IMG/VR virus record: IMGVR_UViG_3300049781_000058
Span: 1-47,490 of that record
Direction: 5' to 3' (one strand)
Source: a virus
Lineage: Duplodnaviria > Caudoviricetes
DNA: 47,490 nt
Shown: positions 17,798 to 25,924 of the stretch, in pieces
How positions within the stretch are numbered: position 1 is the first letter of the stretch
Layout of the letters: each line of letters begins with the position of its first letter
Notes under the pieces: model-generated
What the model was told of the DNA's origin: nothing
The model's input: only the letters and a program-made list of their open reading frames with translations
The model's database searches: none
Translations under genes and position numbers: made by a program

Positions 17798-17870
17798 GTG
17801 TCACCTGGTGCTCGGGGTGGGGGACGAGTGCCTGCTGGGGGGTTCCGTAATCGTTCGCCTACGGGCTGCT

Positions 17871-17887
17871 GTTGACAATAGGTCAAC
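17871..17887. promoter_or_regulatory. Palindrome GTTGAC-AATAG-GTCAAC, candidate operator
   Basis: Perfect 6-bp arms in the AT-richer gap between divergent genes; contains TTGACA. Confidence 0.5.
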
Positions 17888-17986
17888 GATCACATCATCC
17901 GAACGGGCGTTTTATTCGAGTGGGACTTGCGCGGCACTGCATCCCTTGATCTAAAAATGCCTGGTTTACCGTGCTGACTTGCGATC

Positions 17987-18253
17987 ATGTACCCCAGAAC
18001 CGTGGGCGGGGTGCCTGATCTCCCTGATGACGCCTGGCTCTCCGACCGACTCCATGCCATCGCTGACTGCATCCGCCTCGAACGTGAGCGGCAGAACCGC
18101 ACCCAGGAATGGCTGTACCTGACGGCTGGCGTCAGCAGGTGGGCCGTTCAGGATGCGGAGTCAGGACTCGGTAACCCGACGACGAAGACGCTCCTACGGA
18201 TCGCCCGTGCGCTGGGCGTCCCCCTGTCCACGCTGATCGCGGATGAGGAGTGA
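17987..18253 (+). CDS. XRE-family HTH regulator
   Basis: RERQNRTQEWLYLTAGVSRWAVQDAESGLGNPTTKTLLRIARALGV. Confidence 0.85.
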   Translation: MYPRTVGGVPDLPDDAWLSDRLHAIADCIRLERERQNRTQEWLYLTAGVSRWAVQDAESGLGNPTTKTLLRIARALGVPLSTLIADEE

Positions 18254-18320
18254 CCCGCCGCCGGCGCCAGGGGAGCTCCGGCGGCGGGCCGTGGCCACCT
18301 CTCGGGGGTGAGGCGACCGT

Positions 18321-18491
18321 TCATCCCTCCCGTATCGGCTCCGGCCGGGACACGGGAGAGGTCTGGGTCTTGGGTTCCCTACACAGGTCCAGGTGGACGT
18401 ACAGCGTTTGCCCTGCCCCCGTCGGCCGGGCGAGGTCCACAGGCAGAGCCTGGTCTTCCTTGAGGGGCCTGCCGCAGCGAGCGCAGAGCAT
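18321..18491 (-). CDS. Small Zn-finger-like protein
   Basis: Start re-called at ATG 18491; MLCARC...YVH..LC; coupled to the upstream gene. Confidence 0.6.
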   Translation of the reverse strand: MLCARCGRPLKEDQALPVDLARPTGAGQTLYVHLDLCREPKTQTSPVSRPEPIREG

Positions 18492-19315
18492 CAGCAACGG
18501 TCCTTCGGGCAGCAGGGGCAGGGCTGTCCGGCCGGCATGTGCGCGGTCTCCGTGCACTGGTGCTCGCCGCCGAAGATCCCGGCCGTCACGCACGGCTGGC
18601 ACGGCACGACCGCCTTTGCGAGCCGCCTCAAGAGTTCTGTGTAGCGGTGGCCGTCGCGGACGAGACGCCACAGGGCGCGTCCGGTCTCACACTGTTCGGC
18701 GTCGTCCACACACTGCTCACACGTCGGCGCGTGGTCGTGCAGGGCGCGGAATGCTTCCATCCCGACGGAGGCTTTGCAGCCGCGGGGGAACCAGTCGTAT
18801 GCCCCGTCCAACCGGGTTTTGCGCCGGGGGCCGAGGTCGACGGCAGTCTCAGCGGTGAGGATGATGCCGCACCAGACGCAGGCTTTCCCGCGGACCTGAG
18901 CCTCGGACAGGCCGTCGAGGGCTGGGAGAGCCAGCAGCGCGAGCGCCTGGCGGGCGCCGTTGCTGTCCTCCAGGGCAGCCTGCAAGGCACGGGGGTCGGT
19001 GATCCATCCGTCTTTGCCGGGGCAGACTCGCCAGTGCGGACCAACGCCCTCAGTGCGCCGCGCCGGGGGGATCGTCACCGCCGTGCCGACGCTGAGGGCG
19101 CGCGTGCCTGCGACCATCCACCGGGCTGCTGTACCGACGGGAGTGAAGAAGTACAGGGCCGAGGTGAGGGGGTCGTCGACGACGGCTCCGCAGCGTGATC
19201 CGAGGATCGCTACGGCCGATGCTCCGACGCTGTGCGGTACGCGGATGGCGTCCCAGTCGTGCCCGGCGTCCTCCAGGGTGCAGCCTGCGGCGGACGGTAA
19301 ACGCGTGGTGGGCAT
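18491..19315 (-). CDS. Multidomain hypothetical protein: DWDAIR (Prim-Pol-like fragment) domain plus Cys-rich domains
   Basis: ATG at 19315 with GAGGAG RBS; DWDAIRV..LYFF..IPP..GPHW, then CVWC, CEQC, CQPC and CPCC. Confidence 0.6.
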   Translation of the reverse strand: MPTTRLPSAAGCTLEDAGHDWDAIRVPHSVGASAVAILGSRCGAVVDDPLTSALYFFTPVGTAARWMVAGTRALSVGTAVTIPPARRTEGVGPHWRVCPGKDGWITDPRALQAALEDSNGARQALALLALPALDGLSEAQVRGKACVWCGIILTAETAVDLGPRRKTRLDGAYDWFPRGCKASVGMEAFRALHDHAPTCEQCVDDAEQCETGRALWRLVRDGHRYTELLRRLAKAVVPCQPCVTAGIFGGEHQCTETAHMPAGQPCPCCPKDRC

Positions 19316-19504
19316 CGGTACTCCTCGGGCGCCTGGTTGTTCAGGTGCACACAAGGGTGGCCCGGTTGCTGGTGCATGCCGAGGACTTGCAGAGGTCTTT
19401 TCGTCGCCGCAAAGAGGACTTCTCCCCGCCCGGGAGGGTGGAAGTTGGCCAACCGTAGGGCTCGGGGTGACACTGGCGGCAGTGCTCACCACGGAGGTGC
19501 ATCA

Positions 19505-20719
19505 GTGGCACGCGCAGGGAACACCCGCCTCAAAGCCGCCCGCCTCGCGGCTGGCTACCACTCTCAGCAGACCCTCGCGGACGCTCTCAAGGTTGGCGTC
19601 CGGCAGGTCCGCCGGTGGGAATCCGAGGCACCCCCCTGGCCCCAGCCGGAGGTAGCCCAGGCTCTCACCCGGCTCCTCGGCCAGGAGCTGGAAGCGCTCG
19701 GGTTCACCCCGCCCGGCGGTCTCCCCGCCGGGCCCGCCCGACGCACGGTGCTGACCGCTGCTGGAGGGCTCGCCGCCGTCCCTACTCAGGCCGTCGCAGT
19801 GCAGCCCGCGACCGCGGCCGACGACTACACGGCCGTCACCCGTTCGCACCGGCGGCTGTACTGGTCTGTCGCGCCGGCCACCCTGCACCCGGCCGCGCTC
19901 GCGCATGCCACCTTCGGCTGTGCCCTGCTGCCAGAGACGGTCGGGCAGACCCGGGCCCGGATCGCGGCGGCCCTCGCTGAGACATGGCTTCTCGCCGGGC
20001 GTATCGAGTTCTTCGACATGCGTGACGCCGACCGCGCGCAGCAGACCTTGCTTCGCGCGCTGCAGGCCGCAGGCGAGGCTGACGATCCGCTGTTGGGCAG
20101 CGCCATCCTCGCGCACACAGCTTTCATCCCTGGGTGGGCTGGTGAACGGGAGGCCGCGGTCGAGCGGATGGTGGCTGCGCGGACCTACGCCCGGCGCGGC
20201 CCCGCCTCCGCCGAGCTGCTGGCGTGGCTGGACGCGGTCGAGGCCGAGTGCGAGACCCGTTGCGGCAACACACGCACGGCGCTGCACCTGATCCGGCATG
20301 CCGAGGATCTCCTCGACGCGGGCAACGAGCACGTGAGCCCGGAGTGGCTGGACTGGTTCTCGCCGGTGCGGCTCGCTGCTTTCAAGGGCAACACCGAGTT
20401 GCGCGCCCGCCACCTGCCGCAGGCCCGGGCGACGTTGCTTGGTGTTCTCGATGCGCTCGATCCGGCCGAGGAGAAGCAGCGGACGGTCGTACTCGGTGAC
20501 CTTGCTGCTGTTGAGGCGGCGGCCGGGGACCCGGAGGCCGCGTGCGGGTACGCGCTGCGGGCGCTCGATCAGTTGGAGCGGACGTGGTACGCCATGGGCA
20601 TGGACCGGGTGAAGGAGGTGCGGCGCGCCCTGGCGCCGCACCAGCACGAGCAGTGCGTGCGCGACCTTGACGACCGCCTGTATGGCTGGTCGACGACCGT
20701 GAGCGCGCTCAGCGGTTGA
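19505..20719 (+). CDS. XRE HTH plus TPR-like helical repeat regulator (NsdA-like architecture)
   Basis: GGAGG then GTG at 19505; N-terminal RLAAGYHSQQTLADALKVGVRQVRRWES; all-helical Ala/Leu-rich C-terminal repeats. Confidence 0.8.
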   Translation: MARAGNTRLKAARLAAGYHSQQTLADALKVGVRQVRRWESEAPPWPQPEVAQALTRLLGQELEALGFTPPGGLPAGPARRTVLTAAGGLAAVPTQAVAVQPATAADDYTAVTRSHRRLYWSVAPATLHPAALAHATFGCALLPETVGQTRARIAAALAETWLLAGRIEFFDMRDADRAQQTLLRALQAAGEADDPLLGSAILAHTAFIPGWAGEREAAVERMVAARTYARRGPASAELLAWLDAVEAECETRCGNTRTALHLIRHAEDLLDAGNEHVSPEWLDWFSPVRLAAFKGNTELRARHLPQARATLLGVLDALDPAEEKQRTVVLGDLAAVEAAAGDPEAACGYALRALDQLERTWYAMGMDRVKEVRRALAPHQHEQCVRDLDDRLYGWSTTVSALSG

Positions 20720-21362
20720 ACTCGGCAATCAGATCAGGCAGTTCCAGGAGGCTCTCGACCCGGAAGGTCGGGAGCCTCAGCGCTTCCTCGGTGTTCCACT
20801 GGATCGTCGCCCACGGGCCGCGGTGCACGAGGGCGGTGTGCATGCCGGCCGCGGCGCCCGGCCGGAGGTCGTTGTCGACGCGGTCGCCGACGTAGAGGAT
20901 CTCGTCGGTGACTGCCGGGGTGACCTCGGCAACCCGCTCGAAGAAGAGCGGGTCCGGCTTGCTCGCACCCCAGTCGTCCGACGTGCCGATCAGGTCGACG
21001 TCGTTCGTGAACAGCTCCCGCAAGAGGCCTCCGGCGCGGACCGTCTGGTTGCCCGCGATCCCCAGCCACAGTCCGTCCGCCCGCAGCTGGCGCAGGGCCG
21101 GGCGCACGTCGGCGTACAGGTCCTCTTCGCCGAACGTCTCGGGCTGGCCAGCGGCGGCCCGTTTCTCCCGCTCTTCGTACAGGTCGAAGCCGGGCCGGAA
21201 CTCCTGGAACACCTCGCGGTAGTCGCGGCCTTGAGCGATGACGGCGCCGAACATCGCGTGGAAGGTGTGCCTCGGGACCTGGAGCCAGTCGGCCCATGTG
21301 CCATACTCGCGGCTCTCGTCCACCAGGCACTCGCCGACGTCGAAGATCACAGCTCGAATCAT
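20709..21362 (-). CDS. HAD-superfamily hydrolase
   Basis: Motif I VIFDVGECL, AGN, SKPDP and YVGDRVDND; TAACCT lies 6 nt before the ATG (leaderless). Confidence 0.9.
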   Translation of the reverse strand: MIRAVIFDVGECLVDESREYGTWADWLQVPRHTFHAMFGAVIAQGRDYREVFQEFRPGFDLYEEREKRAAAGQPETFGEEDLYADVRPALRQLRADGLWLGIAGNQTVRAGGLLRELFTNDVDLIGTSDDWGASKPDPLFFERVAEVTPAVTDEILYVGDRVDNDLRPGAAAGMHTALVHRGPWATIQWNTEEALRLPTFRVESLLELPDLIAEFNR

Positions 21363-21456
21363 GGGGGCAGGTTATCGGGCGTCGTCCGGGGTGAGGACTC
21401 TGGATAGGCGGGCGCTGCCGTGCGTGTGAGGCGTGCCTCGTCGATACGATGGGGGC

Positions 21457-21636
21457 ATGTCCCCCGACCCGAAGTCCCCTGGTTCCGTGCGTCCGGTGGC
21501 CGACATCAACTCCGAGATCCGTGACCTGTGGCTACGCTCGGGCGGTCTCCTTAGCGCCGAGCAGCGGTGCCGGTACAGCGAGCTCCTCGCCGAGTACGCG
21601 GCCGCGATGCAGGCCCGCATCGTCCCAGCGGCCTGA
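21457..21636 (+). CDS. Small hypothetical protein (59 aa)
   Basis: TACGAT 6 nt before the ATG (leaderless); INSEIRDLW..GG.LS...Y..LL.EY. Confidence 0.6.
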   Translation: MSPDPKSPGSVRPVADINSEIRDLWLRSGGLLSAEQRCRYSELLAEYAAAMQARIVPAA

Positions 21637-21716
21637 GGAGGCTACGCCGCCGTTCCGGAGTCGAACCGGTACTGGCCAGCACGGACGACAGCCCTCGTCT
21701 GCCAGCGGCGCTCCCC
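21635..21716 (-). ncRNA. tRNA-like structured RNA (non-canonical)
   Basis: T-arm CCGG-TTCGACT-CCGG; closing stem CGCCGCTG/CGGCGGCG; internal hairpin GACGA/TCGTC; -10-like TACAGT at 21724-21729. Confidence 0.5.
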
Positions 21717-21772
21717 GCCAGGAACTGTAACGTCACCCGAGTTGGCGCCGCTGGGGATTCAACGCCGCCACG

Positions 21773-22099
21773 TCACGGTCCAGTACGGTTGCGGCTCTCT
21801 TGCTGTGCCCGCAGCAGAATGCGAAGTCGTTGCACCATCAGCGCGACGATCGCCACGGCGACCAGCGACCGCACCACCCGCATCACGATGACGAAGCAAC
21901 CGTTCGGCCACAGGGACACCAGCACGGTGTACAAGAAGAGCAGGCCGATTGCGACCGGGAGCCCCATCAGGTTGCGGCCCGTCTCGGACCGCCACCACGC
22001 CGCTCTGACGTGGTAGACGACGGCGAACGTGAAGCACGCAAGGGCGGCGAGGGCAGAGCCGCCGACGTTCACCCATTGGTCGACGCTCATTTCATTCAT
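21773..22099 (-). CDS. Putative holin-like 3-TM membrane protein
   Basis: Three hydrophobic helices with WWRSETGRNLM; at the end of the lysis cassette. Confidence 0.65.
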   Translation of the reverse strand: MNEMSVDQWVNVGGSALAALACFTFAVVYHVRAAWWRSETGRNLMGLPVAIGLLFLYTVLVSLWPNGCFVIVMRVVRSLVAVAIVALMVQRLRILLRAQQESRNRTGP

Positions 22100-22308
22100 C
22101 GCGCCGCTCCCCTGAACAACTCTTCGATCTTCTCCCGGAAGTGGTTCTCTGCCCGGGCCTGCCGCAGGGTGGCGGCCACCGCTTCCACGATCGGCTGGCG
22201 GGCTTCGGCTTGCCGACGGGCCTGCCGAGCGTGTGCTAGGGCCACTTCCGAGTCGCTCGGCTGTTGGCTCTTATCTCCGTGAACGAGGCGTCGGATCCAT
22301 GTGATCAC
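22096..22308 (-). CDS. Small lysis-cassette protein
   Basis: Ends ENHFREKIEELF; coupled to its neighbours. Confidence 0.6.
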   Translation of the reverse strand: MITWIRRLVHGDKSQQPSDSEVALAHARQARRQAEARQPIVEAVAATLRQARAENHFREKIEELFRGAAR

Positions 22309-22591
22309 CGCCGTTCACCTCCTCCTCGCCCTGCTGCCCCGGGCTGGGGAGTGCCGTGAGGATGTGGCCGCCGAGTCGTGCCATCTCGAGCAGTTCCCCG
22401 GTCTGCTGGTGTTCGACGGTGCGGGCTTTCTCGGACTCGAGGTAGGCCTGCCGCCAGTTGTCGCGGTCGGCGAGCACGTCCTCGTGGGTGCGGCGCGGTA
22501 TGAGTCGGCCGGTGAGGATGAGGAGGATGACGAGGGTGAGGAGTGCACCGAGCCCGGCGTCGCTCGGGTTGATGCCGAATGCCTCGCCCAC
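22271..22591 (-). CDS. Single-TM coiled-coil membrane protein (lysis cassette)
   Basis: GGAGG RBS and GTG at 22591; LLTLVILLILTGRLIP then a coiled coil. Confidence 0.65.
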   Translation of the reverse strand: MGEAFGINPSDAGLGALLTLVILLILTGRLIPRRTHEDVLADRDNWRQAYLESEKARTVEHQQTGELLEMARLGGHILTALPSPGQQGEEEVNGGDHMDPTPRSRR

Positions 22592-22720
22592 CGTGGCCTC
22601 CCCTCCTACTGTCGGCAGTCTGGCACGCGTGTACGCATGTTGCGTTCCGGTGGCTGTCGTCACACACGCAACACTGCATAATGATTTTCAGTCGACCGGT
22701 CCAGTGAATGTGAGCCTGTC

Positions 22721-22975
22721 ATGTCGCAGACCAGCACCCCGCGCCGCCTCGGACGCCCCAGAGACCCGCAAGTCGCGGCCCGGGATAACCGGATCTACGA
22801 GCTCATCTCCCAGGGCACGGAATCCCGCAGCGCGCTCGCAGCCGCCAGCGGACACGACCGTGACGCCGTGTACCTGTCGTGCAAGCGGCTCCAGGCCGAG
22901 GGCCGCATCCGCCAGTGCCTCGGCTCGAACGGGGCCGTGGTCTGGTCCGTCGCCGACGGCACCCCCTGCCCGTAG
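22721..22975 (+). CDS. Winged-HTH protein
   Basis: SRSALAAASGHDRDAVYLSCKRLQAEGRI. Confidence 0.65.
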   Translation: MSQTSTPRRLGRPRDPQVAARDNRIYELISQGTESRSALAAASGHDRDAVYLSCKRLQAEGRIRQCLGSNGAVVWSVADGTPCP

Positions 22976-22986
22976 AGGGGCTGCTC

Positions 22987-23379
22987 ATGAGCATCGTCGA
23001 GTTCTTCTCCGCTGACGACGTCGCCTGGCAGAACAACGCGCCCTGCGTCACCGCTGACTTCGACTTCGTCCCCGACGTCGAGACCGACGCGGAGGCAGCC
23101 GAGGCCGAAGAACGCTGGTGCCGCACCTGCCCGTCCCGCACCCGCTGCCTGGCGTGGGCCATGCTCCACCGCGCCGAAGGGTATTGGGCCGGGACAACCA
23201 CCTACCAGCGCGACCAGCTCCGGCGCGTCCGCACCCGCGCGAAGTGCCCGATCTGCCAGTCGACCGAGTTGGTGTACACGGACCCGCACGAACTGTGCCT
23301 CGCCTGCGGGGTCTCCTGGATTCGCGACGTACGCGAGGAGCCGATCGCGGCTACACCACTACCGCAGCCGGCCGCGTAG
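22987..23379 (+). CDS. whiB: WhiB-family transcription factor with C-terminal Zn-ribbon
   Basis: W..NAPC...CRTCPSRTRC...GYWAGTT..QR, followed by CPIC...CLAC. Confidence 0.8.
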   Translation: MSIVEFFSADDVAWQNNAPCVTADFDFVPDVETDAEAAEAEERWCRTCPSRTRCLAWAMLHRAEGYWAGTTTYQRDQLRRVRTRAKCPICQSTELVYTDPHELCLACGVSWIRDVREEPIAATPLPQPAA

Positions 23380-24397
23380 CCCGCTCCATCTCGTACGCCC
23401 GCTGCCAGGCCTCAGCCCACCGCCACGAGTGGTCCCGCAGCCGAAGCTGTGCGGCCACCGCGCGCCCCGCCTCCGACAACTCCTGCCGCAGGGCAGGCGA
23501 CTCCCGCAGCCGCTTCACCTCCCGGTACCAGACCCGGGGCCGGTCGGCAAGAACGCCGGCGCCCATCTGGTGCAGACGCCAGTACTCCGCTCGCGGCGAA
23601 GCCACCCACGGCACGCCGCACGCGCTCATCTCCAGCGGCTTCAGCCAGGACTTCGCCGCGTTGAACTTCGTGTCGGCCAGCGGCGCGATCCCCACACCGA
23701 TTCCGGCGACCGCGGCCGGCCACTGTTCGATCGGCACCCCGCCACCGACCGGGTCCTCGGAGAGCCCGAACGCGCGGCCCGCGCCGGTCGCGTCACCACG
23801 CATCACGAACTGGGCACCCTCGTCGACGAGTCGGGCGATCGCGCCGCCCACTGGCTCGGGGTCGTTGGGGTGGGAGTGGAACGAGGCGGGCCAGCCGACG
23901 ATGTCCGAGTCCGTACGGGGCAGCCCGTAGTACATGTCGGGCAGGTAGTTCGGCAGGACGTGGCCGCGGCCGTGGCGGGCGTACACGTCGAGCAGGGCCG
24001 GGGTGGACACGGTGACCAGCGAGGCGTTGCGGCAGGCGAGCGCGAGGTTGTGCCACGAGTGCATGCCGGCGCCCGGGCGGTGCGCGGCCCACGCGGGGTT
24101 GGAGGGGTGGATGGAGGAGAGGTCGTCGTCTACGTCCACGATGACGGTGATGCCCTTGGCGCGCATCACGCCGACGGCCTGGGCCATGTAGGCGTGGGTG
24201 ACCCGCTGGAGGACGACGACGTCGGCGTCGACGAGGACGTCCTTGACGGTGTGGCCGTCCATGACGACGCGGACGCGGCGGTTGCCGGGGTCGATGACGT
24301 CGACGTCGTGTCCGGCTGCGGCGAGGTGCTGGCCGGGCCAGGTCATGCGGAAGCTGCCGCAGCCGTAGGCGTCGGAGGCGTAGACGACGGTCCTCAC
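23351..24397 (-). CDS. GT-B fold (GT4-like) glycosyltransferase
   Basis: GCGSFR, VVLQR, VDVDDDL, VTVSTPAL, GIAPL...FNAAKSWLKPLEMSACGVPWVAS. Confidence 0.85.
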   Translation of the reverse strand: MRTVVYASDAYGCGSFRMTWPGQHLAAAGHDVDVIDPGNRRVRVVMDGHTVKDVLVDADVVVLQRVTHAYMAQAVGVMRAKGITVIVDVDDDLSSIHPSNPAWAAHRPGAGMHSWHNLALACRNASLVTVSTPALLDVYARHGRGHVLPNYLPDMYYGLPRTDSDIVGWPASFHSHPNDPEPVGGAIARLVDEGAQFVMRGDATGAGRAFGLSEDPVGGGVPIEQWPAAVAGIGVGIAPLADTKFNAAKSWLKPLEMSACGVPWVASPRAEYWRLHQMGAGVLADRPRVWYREVKRLRESPALRQELSEAGRAVAAQLRLRDHSWRWAEAWQRAYEMERATRPAAVVV

Positions 24398-24612
24398 TCG
24401 GTCGACTCCTGGGTCTTGCGGGTGGCCCGCTTGGCCGGGGCGGGGGCGGCCTTCTCCAGTTCGTCGACGCGGGCGGTGAGGGCGGCGAGTTGCTTCTCCA
24501 GCTCGGCGACGCGGCCGGGGCCGGAGTCTGCGTCCGCGGGTTCCGTCTCGCTGGTGAACTTGCCCATCTCGTCGCGGGCGATGACGCGCATGCGGTCGTC
24601 GAGGAGGCTCAT
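24394..24612 (-). CDS. Small coiled-coil hypothetical protein
   Basis: ATGA overlap with the holin stop; coupled to the glycosyltransferase. Confidence 0.6.
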   Translation of the reverse strand: MSLLDDRMRVIARDEMGKFTSETEPADADSGPGRVAELEKQLAALTARVDELEKAAPAPAKRATRKTQESTE

Positions 24613-24947
24613 ACGGCGGGCTCCTTCGGTGAGACCTGGGCGCGCGTCAGCAGGGTGAGCACGGCCAGGACGAAGCCGTTGACGGCCGCGACCGTCCCGG
24701 CGGACACGTCGTAGTGGTAGGCGGCCAGCAGGTCGGCCGTCACCGTGACGAGGGTGGTGAACGCGGCTGGGGCGATGGGCCGGGTCAGTACGGCGGTGGC
24801 GACTCCGAAGGCGGCGGTGATGAGGGCTACCCAGAGCGCGGCCTGTTCCGCGTTGAGGCCGACGCCGAGCGAGACGACGAGGGAGAGGGCGCCGGAGATG
24901 ACGCTGATCCACAGCGCGGGCTCCCGGCCGAAGGGTGCGATCTTCAT
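24609..24947 (-). CDS. Holin
   Basis: MKIAPFGREPALW...RAQVSP; four hydrophobic segments directly after the endolysin. Confidence 0.8.
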   Translation of the reverse strand: MKIAPFGREPALWISVISGALSLVVSLGVGLNAEQAALWVALITAAFGVATAVLTRPIAPAAFTTLVTVTADLLAAYHYDVSAGTVAAVNGFVLAVLTLLTRAQVSPKEPAV

Positions 24948-24973
24948 GAGGGTCTCGTTTCTCCTGGGAGGGG

Positions 24974-25912
24974 TTACTCGGCGAGCCGGGCGGCGAGCTT
25001 GTCGGCGACCTTGTCCGCGAGGGCGTCCAGGTCCACGCCGCCCACGGAGAGCGTGTCGACCTTGGTCTTGATGGCGTCGACGTCGGTCGCGACGTCGGCG
25101 ATCTGCTGCTGCGCCTTGCGGACGCCTTCCACTGCGGTCTGGAGCGCGTACCCGGCCGCCCACGAGGTGTTGCCGTCGGCGTAGTCGTCGTTGGCCACCG
25201 GGGGCCGCGCGGCGGGGACGGTGCCGTCCGCCCCGAAGAGGGTCTTCGCGTCGGCGTTGCTGATCGTCATATCGGCCTCCTGAGGGATTGCGCCGCCCTT
25301 CGCGGCGGCGAGGATGTCGGCGACCGGCAGGGCGCCGGGATCGCCGTGCAGGTTCTCCGGGACGTGCTGGTGCCCGCAGATCCCGGTGAACGACTGCCAC
25401 TTGGCGCTGCTCATGCGGACGCCGTTGCTGCTGCCGTACGACGCGGGGTAGGCCTTCCAGGTCACGTCGCTGGTGAGCGGTACGCCGTGCTGGTCGTGGG
25501 CCCACCGCAGGAATGCGGCCAGATCCCGCACCGCCCAGTCCGGCAGCTCGGGCGCGTACAGGTGGCGCACGCCTGCCCGTGTCCACTTGGCGTGGGTGGT
25601 CGGGTCGCAGGTGCCGACGAGTTCGACCTGGCTCACGTTGAGGGTGTTCGTCTGCACCCCGCCGGAGAGGTTGACCAGGGCCCGGCTGCTGACGTCGAAG
25701 TCGAAGTGCTGGTACCAGGCCAGCCGCTTCGCTGTGAAGTCGGGCATGGCCGTGAGATTCGGGGCGACCGCGCCGCCGTCGTACGACGGCAGGGAGGTGC
25801 CCTCCGTGGTGTGCAGGCAGACGACGTTGACCTCCATCGCCGAGCCCGGGTACTTCGACCCGAACCAGTAGGCGGTCGAAGCTCCCGGGTACTTCTGCTG
25901 GCCAGACGTCAC
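24974..25912 (-). CDS. Endolysin (N-acetylmuramoyl-L-alanine amidase type)
   Basis: CLHTTEG, QVELVG and GICGHQHVPENLHGDPG; start re-called at GTG 25912 behind AAGGAG. Confidence 0.85.
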   Translation of the reverse strand: MTSGQQKYPGASTAYWFGSKYPGSAMEVNVVCLHTTEGTSLPSYDGGAVAPNLTAMPDFTAKRLAWYQHFDFDVSSRALVNLSGGVQTNTLNVSQVELVGTCDPTTHAKWTRAGVRHLYAPELPDWAVRDLAAFLRWAHDQHGVPLTSDVTWKAYPASYGSSNGVRMSSAKWQSFTGICGHQHVPENLHGDPGALPVADILAAAKGGAIPQEADMTISNADAKTLFGADGTVPAARPPVANDDYADGNTSWAAGYALQTAVEGVRKAQQQIADVATDVDAIKTKVDTLSVGGVDLDALADKVADKLAARLAE

Positions 25913-25924
25913 GGCGGGCACTCC

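Noticed and set aside
19505-21636. Classical arbitrium system (AimR-AimP-AimX)
   Set aside because: No small ORF with a signal peptide follows the HTH-TPR gene, and the 59-aa ORF lacks a hydrophobic leader.
21645-21710. Canonical tRNA gene or tRNA-derived att core
   Set aside because: No 7-nt anticodon loop, imperfect T-stem and no CCA; the integrase is a serine type with a better attP candidate at 17464-17515. Kept only as a tRNA-like RNA.
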